Source: a bacterium (GTDB lineage Archaea; Nanobdellota; Nanobdellia; Pacearchaeales; GW2011-AR1). Taken from it: a stretch of 64,000 nucleotides of DNA. The stretch lies in NCBI GenBank assembly GCA_036787775.1, contig DAIQOR010000001.1, positions 107,839-171,838 on the forward strand, read 5' to 3'. A model generated the notes under the pieces. The model saw only the letters and a program-made list of their open reading frames with translations. It searched no databases and was not told the DNA's origin. Made by a program: the position numbers and the translations under genes. Shown piece by piece: positions 46,877 through 56,164 of the stretch (its first letter is position 1; every line of letters begins with the position of its first letter).

Positions 46877-47826
46877 TAACAAATTTAATTTATTTTTTAA
46901 TTGCATGTCTCGGGATAATTCTCTCCGGAATTTATTTAGTTAAATCCTTAGAAAAGATAGCAAAGCACCTCGGGATAAGTAGATTCACAGCAGCATTTAT
47001 AATTATGGCGGTTGCGACATCCCTACCCGAATTAATCGTAGGCATAACTTCGGCAATTCAAAAAAATTCATCCTTGAGTATGGGAAATGTAATCGGTGCG
47101 AACATAATTAACCTCACTTTAATCACGGGAATATTCATAGTTTTAGGAAGAGGAATAAAATTCAAATCAAAGAAAAACGAAAACAATGTTTATTTTATGC
47201 TTTTCTCAATCGCGTTATTATTCGCACTTTATTTAGTTGGGAACGAATTATCCAGAATCGACGGAATAATTCTTTTGGCATTTTTTATAATTAATACCAC
47301 AAGATTGTTGATAAAAAGAAAAAAATACCGAGCGAAAATAAATGGAACTCGTTTGGAAAGAAAAGAAGGAGTTTACAATTCGTTCTTCTTTATTTTTCTC
47401 GTAGCCGTTTTAATTTTCTCTTCGAGATATCTTGTAAAATACGGAAGCCTTTTAGCAATAGATTTGAACGTGCCTCAAATACTTATAGGATTATTTTTAA
47501 TTTCAATAGCGACAACTTTGCCGGAATTAGTTTTTGGAATTAACGCAGTTTTAGCAAACAGAAAAGAAATGTCAATCGGCGACCAGACCGGAACCATTTT
47601 TTCAAACACTTGTTTAATTTTAGGAATTGTGAGCATCATAAACCCGATAAAAGTCGCGTTCCTACCTTTCATCATCTCGATGTCATTTTTATTATTCGCA
47701 GGAATTTTATTTACAATTTTTATGAAAATAGATAACGAGTTCACAATAAAAGAAGGAATCGCCTTAATCCTAATTTACCTCGTTTTCATTTCAATAGAAT
47801 TAGTCTCGAATTTTCCTCGAGTTTAA
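46873..47826 (+). CDS. CaCA-family cation/Ca2+ exchanger (YrbG-like)
   Basis: Two internal repeats with alpha-motifs (SLPELIVGITS..GNVIGANIINLTL and TLPELVFGINA..GDQTGTIFSNTCL). ATGA overlap with the ATPase stop. Confidence 0.7.
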   Translation: MITNLIYFLIACLGIILSGIYLVKSLEKIAKHLGISRFTAAFIIMAVATSLPELIVGITSAIQKNSSLSMGNVIGANIINLTLITGIFIVLGRGIKFKSKKNENNVYFMLFSIALLFALYLVGNELSRIDGIILLAFFIINTTRLLIKRKKYRAKINGTRLERKEGVYNSFFFIFLVAVLIFSSRYLVKYGSLLAIDLNVPQILIGLFLISIATTLPELVFGINAVLANRKEMSIGDQTGTIFSNTCLILGIVSIINPIKVAFLPFIISMSFLLFAGILFTIFMKIDNEFTIKEGIALILIYLVFISIELVSNFPRV

Positions 47827-48018
47827 TTCATATATTAGGGTGGTTCTTCGTCTTCCATTTCATCTCCTTTGATAACAATCTAAAAGAAAAATTCTTTTTA
47901 AAACAAAAGAAAGAAAACTAAGTAACGATTGTAATGATGTAAAATATATATTGCAGTATATAATTGTTTAATTTTCTCCTACATAAACCTTTAAATAACC
48001 AAAAACTGATGAACTTTT

Positions 48019-48684
48019 ATGTTAGACTGGATAATTCAAAACAAAGAACTACTGAAAATATTCTACGCCTTAATAATAGGATTAGTGTGCTTTCTAATAG
48101 TCCTAAAAACAAACAGGCTCTTCAAATTAAGCGACCACCAAGGAATCCGATATTTCCGAAACGCGTTCTTCTTTTACGGACTCGGTTTTTTAACAAGATA
48201 TTTTTTAATCTATGCAATTCCAAATTCGTCCCAAATAATTTCCCCAATCTTCGAGTTCTTCCTCGTGATGGCAGGATTCTTTTTACTTTATAGTTTAATC
48301 TGGAAAAAAGTCGAAACCTCAAAAGAAGGCGAGTTCAGTTCTCTAGTAAATCTAAAAATCGGAATTTTCTATTTGATGACTTTAGTCGTAGTTCTACTCG
48401 ATTATTTCTGGAAAACAAATTCCTTCATGTTCGCCTCGCAAATAATTATTTTCTTTGTAGCATTTATAATCAGTTTAATCAATTATTCTGCAAAAGGCAA
48501 AGCACACAGATTCTTAAAATTCTACGTCGTCGCAATGTTCCTAATTCTCATAACATGGGCATTAAATTTCGCAATGGTCTTCTTTATTAACTGGAACCAA
48601 GGCGTGCTCACAAATATTTACGCAATTAACTTAATAGTTTTCTTTTTAATTTGGTACGGCGTAAATAAGGTAACAAAAAAATAA
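48019..48684 (+). CDS. Integral membrane protein
   Basis: 221 aa with about seven hydrophobic helices. Confidence 0.65.
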   Translation: MLDWIIQNKELLKIFYALIIGLVCFLIVLKTNRLFKLSDHQGIRYFRNAFFFYGLGFLTRYFLIYAIPNSSQIISPIFEFFLVMAGFFLLYSLIWKKVETSKEGEFSSLVNLKIGIFYLMTLVVVLLDYFWKTNSFMFASQIIIFFVAFIISLINYSAKGKAHRFLKFYVVAMFLILITWALNFAMVFFINWNQGVLTNIYAINLIVFFLIWYGVNKVTKK

Positions 48685-48685
48685 A

Positions 48686-48958
48686 ATGGCAAGGAAAAGG
48701 GAAAGACTCGAAGTCATAAAGGACATACTTGAATCGGTTCGTAAAACTAGAAACATCAAGCCTACGAGATTACTATACTCTTCTAACCTTTCGCCCCAAA
48801 TGTTTAAGGAATACATAAACGAATTAGTCAGCAAAAAATTCCTCACCATCGAAGTAGACAAAGAAGACAAAAAGACATTTTCTCTCACAAAAAAAGGACA
48901 AGATTTTCTACAAGAATACAGAGTAATCGAAAACTTAGTCGAGAATTTCGGTTTATAA
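48686..48958 (+). CDS. Winged-helix DNA-binding protein
   Basis: 90 aa with TRLLYSSNLSPQMFKEYINELVSKKFL..KKTFSLTKKGQDFL, a wHTH pattern. Confidence 0.65.
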   Translation: MARKRERLEVIKDILESVRKTRNIKPTRLLYSSNLSPQMFKEYINELVSKKFLTIEVDKEDKKTFSLTKKGQDFLQEYRVIENLVENFGL

Positions 48959-49049
48959 TTTCGTCTTTTACTCCCCAACCGAGGCACTATGAAGTTCAAT
49001 TTCTAAAGTGGTCATGAATGTTTAAATATAATTTAGTGAATGTAATACT

Positions 49050-49214
49050 ATGAAAACTACAATAACCGTTTTAACCGGTAAGGGCGAGAGGTCGACTCTC
49101 GAAGACGTGTACAAGGCTTCAAACGAAGTGATGCAAATTGCCGACATTGTTGGCGGAGAAGTCGTTTCAGAGAAGTTTTTATGTGACGGAGTAAGCCTTA
49201 CATTAAGAAGATAA
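49050..49214 (+). CDS. Small (54-aa) hypothetical protein not in the ORF track
   Basis: Manual translation: MKTTITVLTGKGERSTLEDVYKASNEVMQIADIVGGEVVSEKFLCDGVSLTLRR*. It has balanced composition and is followed by a GNRA hairpin. The antisense track ORF 49022..49225 looks spurious. Confidence 0.5.
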   Translation: MKTTITVLTGKGERSTLEDVYKASNEVMQIADIVGGEVVSEKFLCDGVSLTLRR

Positions 49215-49226
49215 ATATTTTTCAAT

Positions 49227-49244
49227 TTGGGGCGAAAGCCCCAA
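49227..49244 (+). terminator. Stem-loop UUGGGGC-GAAA-GCCCCAA followed by a T-rich tract
   Basis: Perfect 7-bp stem with a GAAA tetraloop, 13 nt after the stop of the 54-aa ORF. Confidence 0.4.
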
Positions 49245-49291
49245 TCATTTTATTTCGTTAATTATAAAAAGAATGATTCATTTACTAAATA

Positions 49292-49636
49292 ATGAAAAAT
49301 AAAGTCAAACTTTTAGGAATTATCTTAATAATTTTAATTGTAATAATAATTTCTTTCACCTACATTTCAAACTTTAAAGAAGAAAAATGTGTTTCAAAAA
49401 ATGGAAACAAAATGAGATTATCCACCGCAAAACAAATCGCAGAAAATAGCGAGTGTTCTGCAGAAGGAAAAATAACCGAAACCCCTTACTGCAATTCTGA
49501 AACCGGAACGTGGTGGTTCGGAATCGACGCTGAAATTCCAGAGTATTGTTTCGGAGTAAGTTGTGTCGTTAATGTTGAAACAAAAACTGCGGAAGTCCAG
49601 TGGATGTGTGGCGGAGCAATTCCCGAGCCCAATTGA
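49292..49636 (+). CDS. Secreted small Cys-containing protein
   Basis: Signal/anchor MKNKVKLLGIILIILIVIIISF, followed by 8 Cys. Confidence 0.6.
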   Translation: MKNKVKLLGIILIILIVIIISFTYISNFKEEKCVSKNGNKMRLSTAKQIAENSECSAEGKITETPYCNSETGTWWFGIDAEIPEYCFGVSCVVNVETKTAEVQWMCGGAIPEPN

Positions 49637-49671
49637 GTTAATAATTTAAACTCCTTTCTCTTAAATCAAAC

Positions 49672-50136
49672 ATGAAAATCAGGTGGAAAATTTTAGCGTT
49701 ATCATTTGTAATAGTTTTTGGAGTAGCATTTTTAGGAAGCCTTTTCACAACTCCTGTAACAAACTCCGAATGGTACGAATCAATCAAACCCGCAATCACT
49801 CCCCCAAACTATGTCTTCCCAATCGTATGGAATATTTTATTTTTACTAATAACAATTTCAATTTATCTTTCATGGACGAGCGCAAAGAAAAAACAAAAAA
49901 CAAAATTAGCCTGGGCATTCGGAATTAATTTATTCCTCAACGCACTTTGGAGCCTAATATTTTTCACAATGAAAAATCCTCCCCTAGCATTTTTTGAATT
50001 AATCCTTTTAGACATTTCAATATTTTTCCTAATTTACACAACCAATAAAATAGACAAGACTTCGTCCTATTTACTAATTCCCTATTTCCTTTGGGTAACC
50101 TTCGCCGGATATCTAAATTACTTAATGGCTTTCTAA
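49672..50136 (+). CDS. tspO: TspO/MBR tryptophan-rich sensory protein
   Basis: WYESIKPAITPPNYVFPIVWNILFLLI...NALWSLIFF...PYFLWVTFAGYLN matches TspO, with five TM helices. Confidence 0.85.
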   Translation: MKIRWKILALSFVIVFGVAFLGSLFTTPVTNSEWYESIKPAITPPNYVFPIVWNILFLLITISIYLSWTSAKKKQKTKLAWAFGINLFLNALWSLIFFTMKNPPLAFFELILLDISIFFLIYTTNKIDKTSSYLLIPYFLWVTFAGYLNYLMAF

Positions 50137-50168
50137 AACTTTATTAACACTAAATTTGGAAAATAACT

Positions 50169-50633
50169 ATGAACATTTTTGTATTAGATAAAGACCCAAA
50201 AAAGTCGGCAAGAATTTTATGCGACCAGCACGTTGTGAAAATGATACTCGAGAGTGCGCAACTTCTCTGCACCGCCCACCATTGCACAAATCCAAAATCA
50301 AAAGCACCCTACAAAAAAACACACGTGAATCATCCCTGCTCAATCTGGACAAGAACTTCCGAAGGAAATTACAATTGGTTAGTTGCACACGCCGACGAGC
50401 TTTGCAAAGAATACACAAAAAGGTACAATCGAGAACACAAAACAAAAAAAGTAATTGAATGGTGCAAAACAAAAATCCCAAAATTAGAAAAGAAACGAAG
50501 AACATCTTTCGTCCAAGCAATGCCTGAAAAGTATAAAAACATTGATTCCTTCAAAGCTTATGAGGATTACTACAAAGGCGAAAAATTAAAATTCGCAAGA
50601 TGGAAAAGAGGTAAACCCGAACAATTCAAATGA
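50169..50633 (+). CDS. Conserved hypothetical protein
   Basis: 154 aa. The N-terminus MNIFVLDKDPKKSARILCDQHVVKMILESAQLL looks like a widespread uncharacterised family that I cannot name with confidence. Confidence 0.6.
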   Translation: MNIFVLDKDPKKSARILCDQHVVKMILESAQLLCTAHHCTNPKSKAPYKKTHVNHPCSIWTRTSEGNYNWLVAHADELCKEYTKRYNREHKTKKVIEWCKTKIPKLEKKRRTSFVQAMPEKYKNIDSFKAYEDYYKGEKLKFARWKRGKPEQFK

Positions 50634-50866
50634 ACAAACACCTAAAAATAAGTTTTATAATTTCTTTCTTAGCATTTATTTTAGTCGGAATAATTTTGAG
50701 GTGCTACCCGCTCGGATGCGAACTCTGGGACTGGAAAGAAATCACAAAAACTTTCGCATTCGTTTTCATCCCAGTATTTTTAGTAAGCTACATATCCCAA
50801 AGATTCTTCCACTTAGACAAAGACAAAAGAGGAGAACTCGTCGTAGAAATGCAAGATGATGAATAA
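50630..50866 (+). CDS. Small membrane protein
   Basis: 78 aa with two hydrophobic helices and a 4-nt overlap with the upstream ORF. Confidence 0.5.
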   Translation: MNKHLKISFIISFLAFILVGIILRCYPLGCELWDWKEITKTFAFVFIPVFLVSYISQRFFHLDKDKRGELVVEMQDDE

Positions 50867-51485
50867 AAAAATCCTATCCCTAATTTTAATTTTTTCTTTA
50901 GCATTAGTCTCCGCTCACCAACCAAGAATAGTTTTCGACACCCAAAGCACTTTGAACAACCCAGTAATAATTGAACAACAAGAAATTTCAAAAGCATATT
51001 ACGGAAACTTAAACGGCGACGCGGATTATTTTTCAATCGAAAGCGACAAAGAATTTTTACTTTATTTAAACATCCTCTCACCAAAATTAAACGATAGCCG
51101 AACCGATTTTGTCGTAGAAGTTTTGAAAGACGGAGAATTTGTTTTAGAATTAGAGGGCGGAGAATGGGAAGAATTTTATGAAGAATTCGGAAGAGATTAT
51201 TATTTGCGAGGACCAGAAGCAGAACTTCAAGTCGAACCAGGAAAATATTTAATCAAAGTTTCAAATCCGAACAACCAAGGAAAATATTCTTTAGCCGTCG
51301 GTAAAATCGAAGAATTTCCTTTTATAGAAATAGTAAAAACAATAATCTTGCTTCCAAAAATAAAAAGAGATTTTTTCAATAAATCAATTTGGAATGATTT
51401 TTGGGAACTTGGGGTCGGAGTGGGAATTTTAATTATAATAATATTTTTTATTTTGAAATGGAAAATGAAAAGAAGATTTAGATGA
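50856..51485 (+). CDS. Secreted protein with a C-terminal TM anchor
   Basis: Signal peptide MMNKKILSLILIFSLALVSA and a C-terminal helix LGVGVGILIIIIFFIL. Confidence 0.65.
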   Translation: MMNKKILSLILIFSLALVSAHQPRIVFDTQSTLNNPVIIEQQEISKAYYGNLNGDADYFSIESDKEFLLYLNILSPKLNDSRTDFVVEVLKDGEFVLELEGGEWEEFYEEFGRDYYLRGPEAELQVEPGKYLIKVSNPNNQGKYSLAVGKIEEFPFIEIVKTIILLPKIKRDFFNKSIWNDFWELGVGVGILIIIIFFILKWKMKRRFR

Positions 51486-51628
51486 AAAACAAAACAAACA
51501 AAAATTGGTATCTCGGATTTCTCGGTTTCCTCGGGTTCAATGGAATTCCAGAACTTTTAACACAAGATTGGTTTGGAAGTCTGTGGCTGTTGTGGTTCCT
51601 TTGGTTTATTTGGTTCTTTAGAAAGTAG
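51482..51628 (+). CDS. Small (48-aa) Trp/Phe-rich membrane peptide not in the ORF track
   Basis: Manual translation: MKNKTNKNWYLGFLGFLGFNGIPELLTQDWFGSLWLLWFLWFIWFFRK*. ATGA overlap with the upstream stop. Confidence 0.45.
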   Translation: MKNKTNKNWYLGFLGFLGFNGIPELLTQDWFGSLWLLWFLWFIWFFRK

Positions 51629-51700
51629 GATTTGATTTTTTGGAGGAAGGCAGAGCCTCATCACCATAAAATTTAAATACATATACAAACCCCCATTTTT

Positions 51701-52051
51701 GTGGTAATCCCATTAAATAAATATTACATTTCAGTTACAAGGTATGATAATGGAGAATATGTTGTAGAATATGCATGTCCTTCTATTAATAAAGACAAGG
51801 AAAAAATAGGCATTGATATCTTGGGGGGAGATTTTATTGTAGCATGCAGAACACTTTCAAAATATTTAAGAGAAGTAGGAACTTCTGGATTAATTCTTGT
51901 TTCTGTGCCTTCTTTAATAAAAAATGTTAATACCGCTAGGAAACCAATACCTCATAGTAATTTAGAATTACTGGCAGAAACCGTTAACGGATTACAAGAT
52001 AAGGTAACTCTTCAGAGCAAGAAGATAAAAAAATCTCCTTTAGAATTTTAA
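51701..52051 (+). CDS. Hypothetical protein (GTG start in the track)
   Basis: 116-aa ORF with no family recognised. Confidence 0.45.
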   Translation: MVIPLNKYYISVTRYDNGEYVVEYACPSINKDKEKIGIDILGGDFIVACRTLSKYLREVGTSGLILVSVPSLIKNVNTARKPIPHSNLELLAETVNGLQDKVTLQSKKIKKSPLEF

Positions 52052-52125
52052 AAATAAATTAATTCTTTCGAAAGGGGCGAAAATATATTTTTGAGTATAG
52101 AAGTAATTAAAAAAAAGATTTTGTT

Positions 52126-52347
52126 ATGGAGGAAATGAACAATACAATTAAAGAACAAATCGCAATGGGGTTATTTACTGGAGCAGTTATAGCATTTTTT
52201 ATTTTTTTAGGAGAGATAGGAAGAAATTTTTTAAAAGAAATTTTGGTTCTCTCAGCGCTAATACTTACGATTTTTTTATCATTAATAATTCTTTTAAATC
52301 CAACAGATCTTCATATTTTTGGTAATATATTTAAAATTAAATTATAA
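52126..52347 (+). CDS. Small membrane protein
   Basis: 73 aa with two hydrophobic helices. Confidence 0.45.
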   Translation: MEEMNNTIKEQIAMGLFTGAVIAFFIFLGEIGRNFLKEILVLSALILTIFLSLIILLNPTDLHIFGNIFKIKL

Positions 52348-52356
52348 AAAAATAAC

Positions 52357-52393
52357 GAAATAAGCACTAGAATTTTTATCTGAATATTTTCAC
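52357..52393 (-). other. 3' strand of the 23S rRNA processing stem
   Basis: gaaataagcactagaattttt..ctgaatattttcac is the reverse complement of 56030..56069 (aaaaattctagtgcttatttc is perfectly matched). Confidence 0.75.
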
Positions 52394-53378
52394 ATTCATA
52401 ACTTTAACGTTTTACCGTCGCTGTTACAAATTAAATATACAATTTGAGGCTTTTAGTAGTTATATACTGAAATTCTCGGCGAACCTTGAATATTACATAA
52501 TAACTCTATCAACGCGATCTTCTTTCGCGGCCTTAGTTGTCTCGTTTTGCGGATGACTTCGAGCTTAGATGCTTTCAGCTCTTATTCACACAATGCGTAG
52601 CTATGCAGCCTGCCAATTGACAACTGCTCACCAGAGGCATCCAAGTTCCGTTCCTCTCGTACTAGAAACTTGTTCCACTCAGACAACAACACACCCAGTA
52701 GATATCATACAAACTGTCTCACGACGTTCTTAACCCAGCTAACGATCCCTTTTAATACGTGAACTCCGGCACCCTTGCGTGCTTCTGCACACGCAGGATA
52801 GGAAGAGCCGACAGCGAAATACCAAACCGCGCCGTCAATTCGGACTATCGGGCGCGACAAGCTTATTACCCTTGGGGTAACTTTTCTATCAGACACGACA
52901 TCTATTAAAAATGTTCGTGGGTTCACTAGGTCCAACTTTCGTTCCTGCATTTCTTGCTTTTCAAAATACAGTCAGATAAACTTTTGCCCTCGCACTCAAC
53001 TCTAGATTTCCAAGCTAGATGAGTTTATCTTTGAGTCCTACCGATATCTTTTCGGCAGGGCGCCGCCCCAGCCAAACTACCCGCCTGCTGATGTCCTATA
53101 AATAGTAAGCAAGCCCAAATCAAATGAGTAGTATTACACGGTTGCTCCACCATGACCGAGATCATGGCCTCGACGCTCCTACTTATGCTATGCATTTAAT
53201 CTGAACTCACAACAACAAGTTGTAGTAAAGTTCCACAAGGTCTTCGCTTCCCACTGGGTGTCTCCGGTCTTTGCACCGGACAATATTTTCAGAGGGCTCT
53301 GATTGGGGACAGTAACAACCTCGTTAAACCATTCATGCACGTCACCATTCAGATGACAAGGCATTACGCTACCTTAAG

Positions 53379-54151
53379 CTTTCTGTTACTTTAATATTCA
53401 AAAAGAATATTGACTTCAAAAAAATTGAAGCGGATTTGCGCGAGCAAATCTCTACATGTCTCCATGCAGTTCGGACTATCTCTTATTAAAATAAATTCTA
53501 ATTCTGACGTATAGTCTCTGAGGATCCTAAAGATTCTAAGACTTCATTAAGATTGTATCTTCTTTGTTTTCCTTCTCCATTCATTTTAAATACTTTTTTT
53601 AAAAGTTTTTTAAATTCGTTTATATCTTTGTGTTTATGTTGATTTAATGATTCAACAACTTCTGCAAAAATTTGAAAATCTTTTTGTTTTGTCCACAAAG
53701 GATATTTTTTAAAAAAAGGAATAACTTTTTCAATTAATTCTTTTCTACTTTGCACAATAAATTGTGAAGTATTTTCCTGTCCGTATTTTTTAATCACTGT
53801 TCCACAATTCAAGAGTTTTTGAAATTCATAAAGAATATCTTTGTCTTTTGAATGTTGTGTTACGTGAAAAACCGGATCAAGGACCCATTTAACTTTTGCA
53901 GATTTTTGTTTTTTAAGAGCAATACAAAAGCAACTCTCTCCATCTGCAAAGCCAGTTAAGTAATAAATTAATTGTTCTGATTTCATAACCCTCATACGAA
54001 GGTTAGATATTTAAATCTTTAGTTTCCTGCTGATTGTCTCTATTTTTCGAATTTTTACTGAATTCACGACGATAAAATCATGAAAACGAGTACCGAAAAC
54101 CTGTCAAGATGTTCCAGCATACAGTCAGATTTATTGACCCCCTTTTAGCCA
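53379..54151 (-). mobile_element. 23S rRNA intron (~770 nt), probably group I, carrying a homing endonuclease ORF
   Basis: It interrupts GUAACUAUGACCCU | CUUAAGGUAGCG at the H69/H71 hot spot. The 5' exon end pairs with intron GGGGGUC (P1-like hairpin with a U-G wobble at the junction), and the intron ends in G. A GAUAGUCCGAAC element and GNRA-capped hairpins lie 3' of the ORF. Confidence 0.75.
53498..53995 (-). CDS. LAGLIDADG homing endonuclease (single-motif, homodimer type)
   Basis: YYLTGFADGESCF is the LAGLIDADG motif. 165 aa, wholly inside the 23S intron. Confidence 0.9.
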   Translation of the reverse strand: MRVMKSEQLIYYLTGFADGESCFCIALKKQKSAKVKWVLDPVFHVTQHSKDKDILYEFQKLLNCGTVIKKYGQENTSQFIVQSRKELIEKVIPFFKKYPLWTKQKDFQIFAEVVESLNQHKHKDINEFKKLLKKVFKMNGEGKQRRYNLNEVLESLGSSETIRQN

Positions 54152-56029
54152 AGGGTCATAGTTACCCCCGCCGTTTGATGGACCTTAGCTCCCTTGTAAA
54201 AGAGTTTTAGACACCACCACTGGGCAGGTCTCACCACGTATACAAGTCCTTTCGGATTAGCACGTGGCTACGTTTTTGGTAAACAGTCGGGCCGTCCTTG
54301 TTACTGAGATCTATTAATGCAATCACATTTCTGGAAACCACAAAAATAGACATCCCTTAATCCGAAGATACAGGACTAACTTGCCGAATTCCCTCAATCA
54401 GTTTTACCCTTCAGGTCTTAGCCTACTAAGCTAGGGCACCAGTGTCGGTTGTGGGTACAGGCAGTTAAACTCGTTAAGCAATACACTTTTCACTGGCTCT
54501 TGGAATCAACAATTTTCAGCTAGCAAATTCTCTCGCGTCTATGGATTACCCTCGACGAGATTCTTTACCCGCACATCCCGTAAGATGCACATTTATCCGA
54601 AAGCAATATATTACAAAAAGTTCAACTGGTGCAGGAATATTAACCTGCTATCCATCGTCATGCGCAGTTAAGACAAAACTTAGGTCCTGACTAACCCTCG
54701 GCTAACATATATTGCCGAGGAAACCTTACCCTTTCGACCTTTTCCATTCTCAGGAAAATCACATCCTACTATTGCCAGGATTCTCGTTGGTATCCGCTCC
54801 ATCCTTCCTCTCGGAAAAACTTCTACGCAGAAACCACGCCTACTTACCAGAACGTTCAATCTTGAACGCCTCCAAAGTATCGGTATCGTACTTAGCCCCG
54901 TCCATTTTCGGGGCTTTGAACCTCAATAGGTGAGCTGTTACGCTTTCTTTAAATGATAGCTGCTTCTGGGCTTACATCCCCAGTGTCTCAGGTTCAAAAC
55001 TCCCTTTGTTACACTTAGTACGAATTTTGGGACCTTAACTTTGGTCTCCCTTGTTAGGGTCTCGGAACGGTATCTTACATACCGCCCCTGATTCTCATTT
55101 TACGCAGTCAACAGATTCTGAGTTGGAAAAAATTCCGTAGTCATTAGACCCTGCAAATTTTATCCGTACTTTACGCCGCTGACAAACTAAATGAGACTAT
55201 ACGAAGGCATATTTCAGTAGGAACCAGCCATTGCCGAATTAGATAGGCTTTTCACCCCTAACCACAGGTCATTCGAGTGCATGTTCACAACACCGGTTCA
55301 GCCCTCCATCCGGCTTTCGCCAGACTTCAGCTTGCCCATGGATAGATCATCCGGCTTCAGGTCTGCCCCATGTGACTAACGCATTTTCATACTTGCTCTC
55401 GCTTCGGTTACTCAACAAAGTTGATTAGCCTCGCCACATAAGAAAACTCCCTGGCCCGTTTTTCGAAACGTACGTTACAACCCTTATAATTAAGAGCAGT
55501 AACAAACTGTAACTGTTAAATTTCAAGTCTTTTAACCCTCTATTAAGAGTACTTTTCAGCTTTCCCTCGCGGTACTTGTTCACTATCGGACTTTGGTTAT
55601 ATTTAGGGTTAGCAGTTAATCCTGCCATATTCAGACCTCCAATCCAGGAAGCCCTACTCGTCGAGGAACGACATATCAACTTCATCTACGGGACTATCAC
55701 CCTCTAAGGTATCTTGTTCCAAAGAACTTTGATTCGTCGACTTAGCCATTTACCCTCACCACATCTCTAACTTCTTTTCAAAAGCAGATTCGGATTGCCC
55801 TCTTCCCTTTTCGCTCTCTGCTAATAGGGGAATCACATATTGTTTTCTCTTCCTGCTGGTACTAAGATGTTTCAATTCCCAGCGTATTTTTGCCTCTCGG
55901 CATGATTCGGACACTTCGGGTTCAAAGTTTACGTGCAACTCGCCCAAAATTTTCGCAGCTTGCCGCGTCCTTCATCAAAACCAAAACCAAGCTATCCGTT
56001 TAACAGTATATATAGTAGTATATTTTTTT

Positions 56030-56069
56030 CTGAAAATATTTCAGTGGGAAAAATTCTAGTGCTTATTTC
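56030..56069 (-). other. 5' strand of the 23S rRNA processing stem
   Basis: Reverse complement of 52357..52393. Confidence 0.75.
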
Positions 56070-56164
56070 ATTGAACATAAAACGACTTCCGTCGCTGTTC
56101 TCAAAGCGATAAGAGAATTTTATTCTCTCACCGTCGGTGATTTTTTCACGTGAGTGAATGTGAT

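Larger units (their letters stand above)
52461..56012 (-). rRNA. 23S rRNA, interrupted by one intron (exons about 52461..53378 and 54152..56012)
   Basis: Minus strand carries GAUGAAGGACG near the 5' end, GUAACUAUGACCCU (H69), the PTC region, and the sarcin-ricin loop AGUACGAGAGGAAC (52650..52663). The ends pair as UAUAUACUG (56012..56004) with CAGUAUAUA (52469..52461). The mature length looks short for an archaeal 23S. Confidence 0.9.

Noticed and set aside
49022-49225. Minus-strand 67-aa ORF.
   Set aside because: It is antisense to a better-looking 54-aa plus-strand ORF that has a downstream hairpin.
53379-54151. A canonical archaeal bulge-helix-bulge intron as the explanation for the 23S insertion.
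   Set aside because: Sequences around the two junctions pair only as CCUU/AAGG plus GCU/AGC, with an asymmetric internal loop. This is not two 3-nt bulges separated by 4 bp. The P1-like hairpin with a U-G wobble and the terminal G fit group I better. BHB is not fully excluded without a covariance model.
52705-55947. Track ORFs 52705..52950, 54712..54933, 55425..55685 and 55756..55947.
   Set aside because: They are inside 23S rRNA exons. Only 53498..53995, the LAGLIDADG ORF in the intron, is accepted.
52415-56099. An 11-nt direct repeat ccgtcgctgtt (52415..52425 and 56089..56099) near both 23S flanks.
   Set aside because: It is short enough to occur by chance in 64 kb. It sits asymmetrically relative to the processing stem and has no obvious pairing partner.
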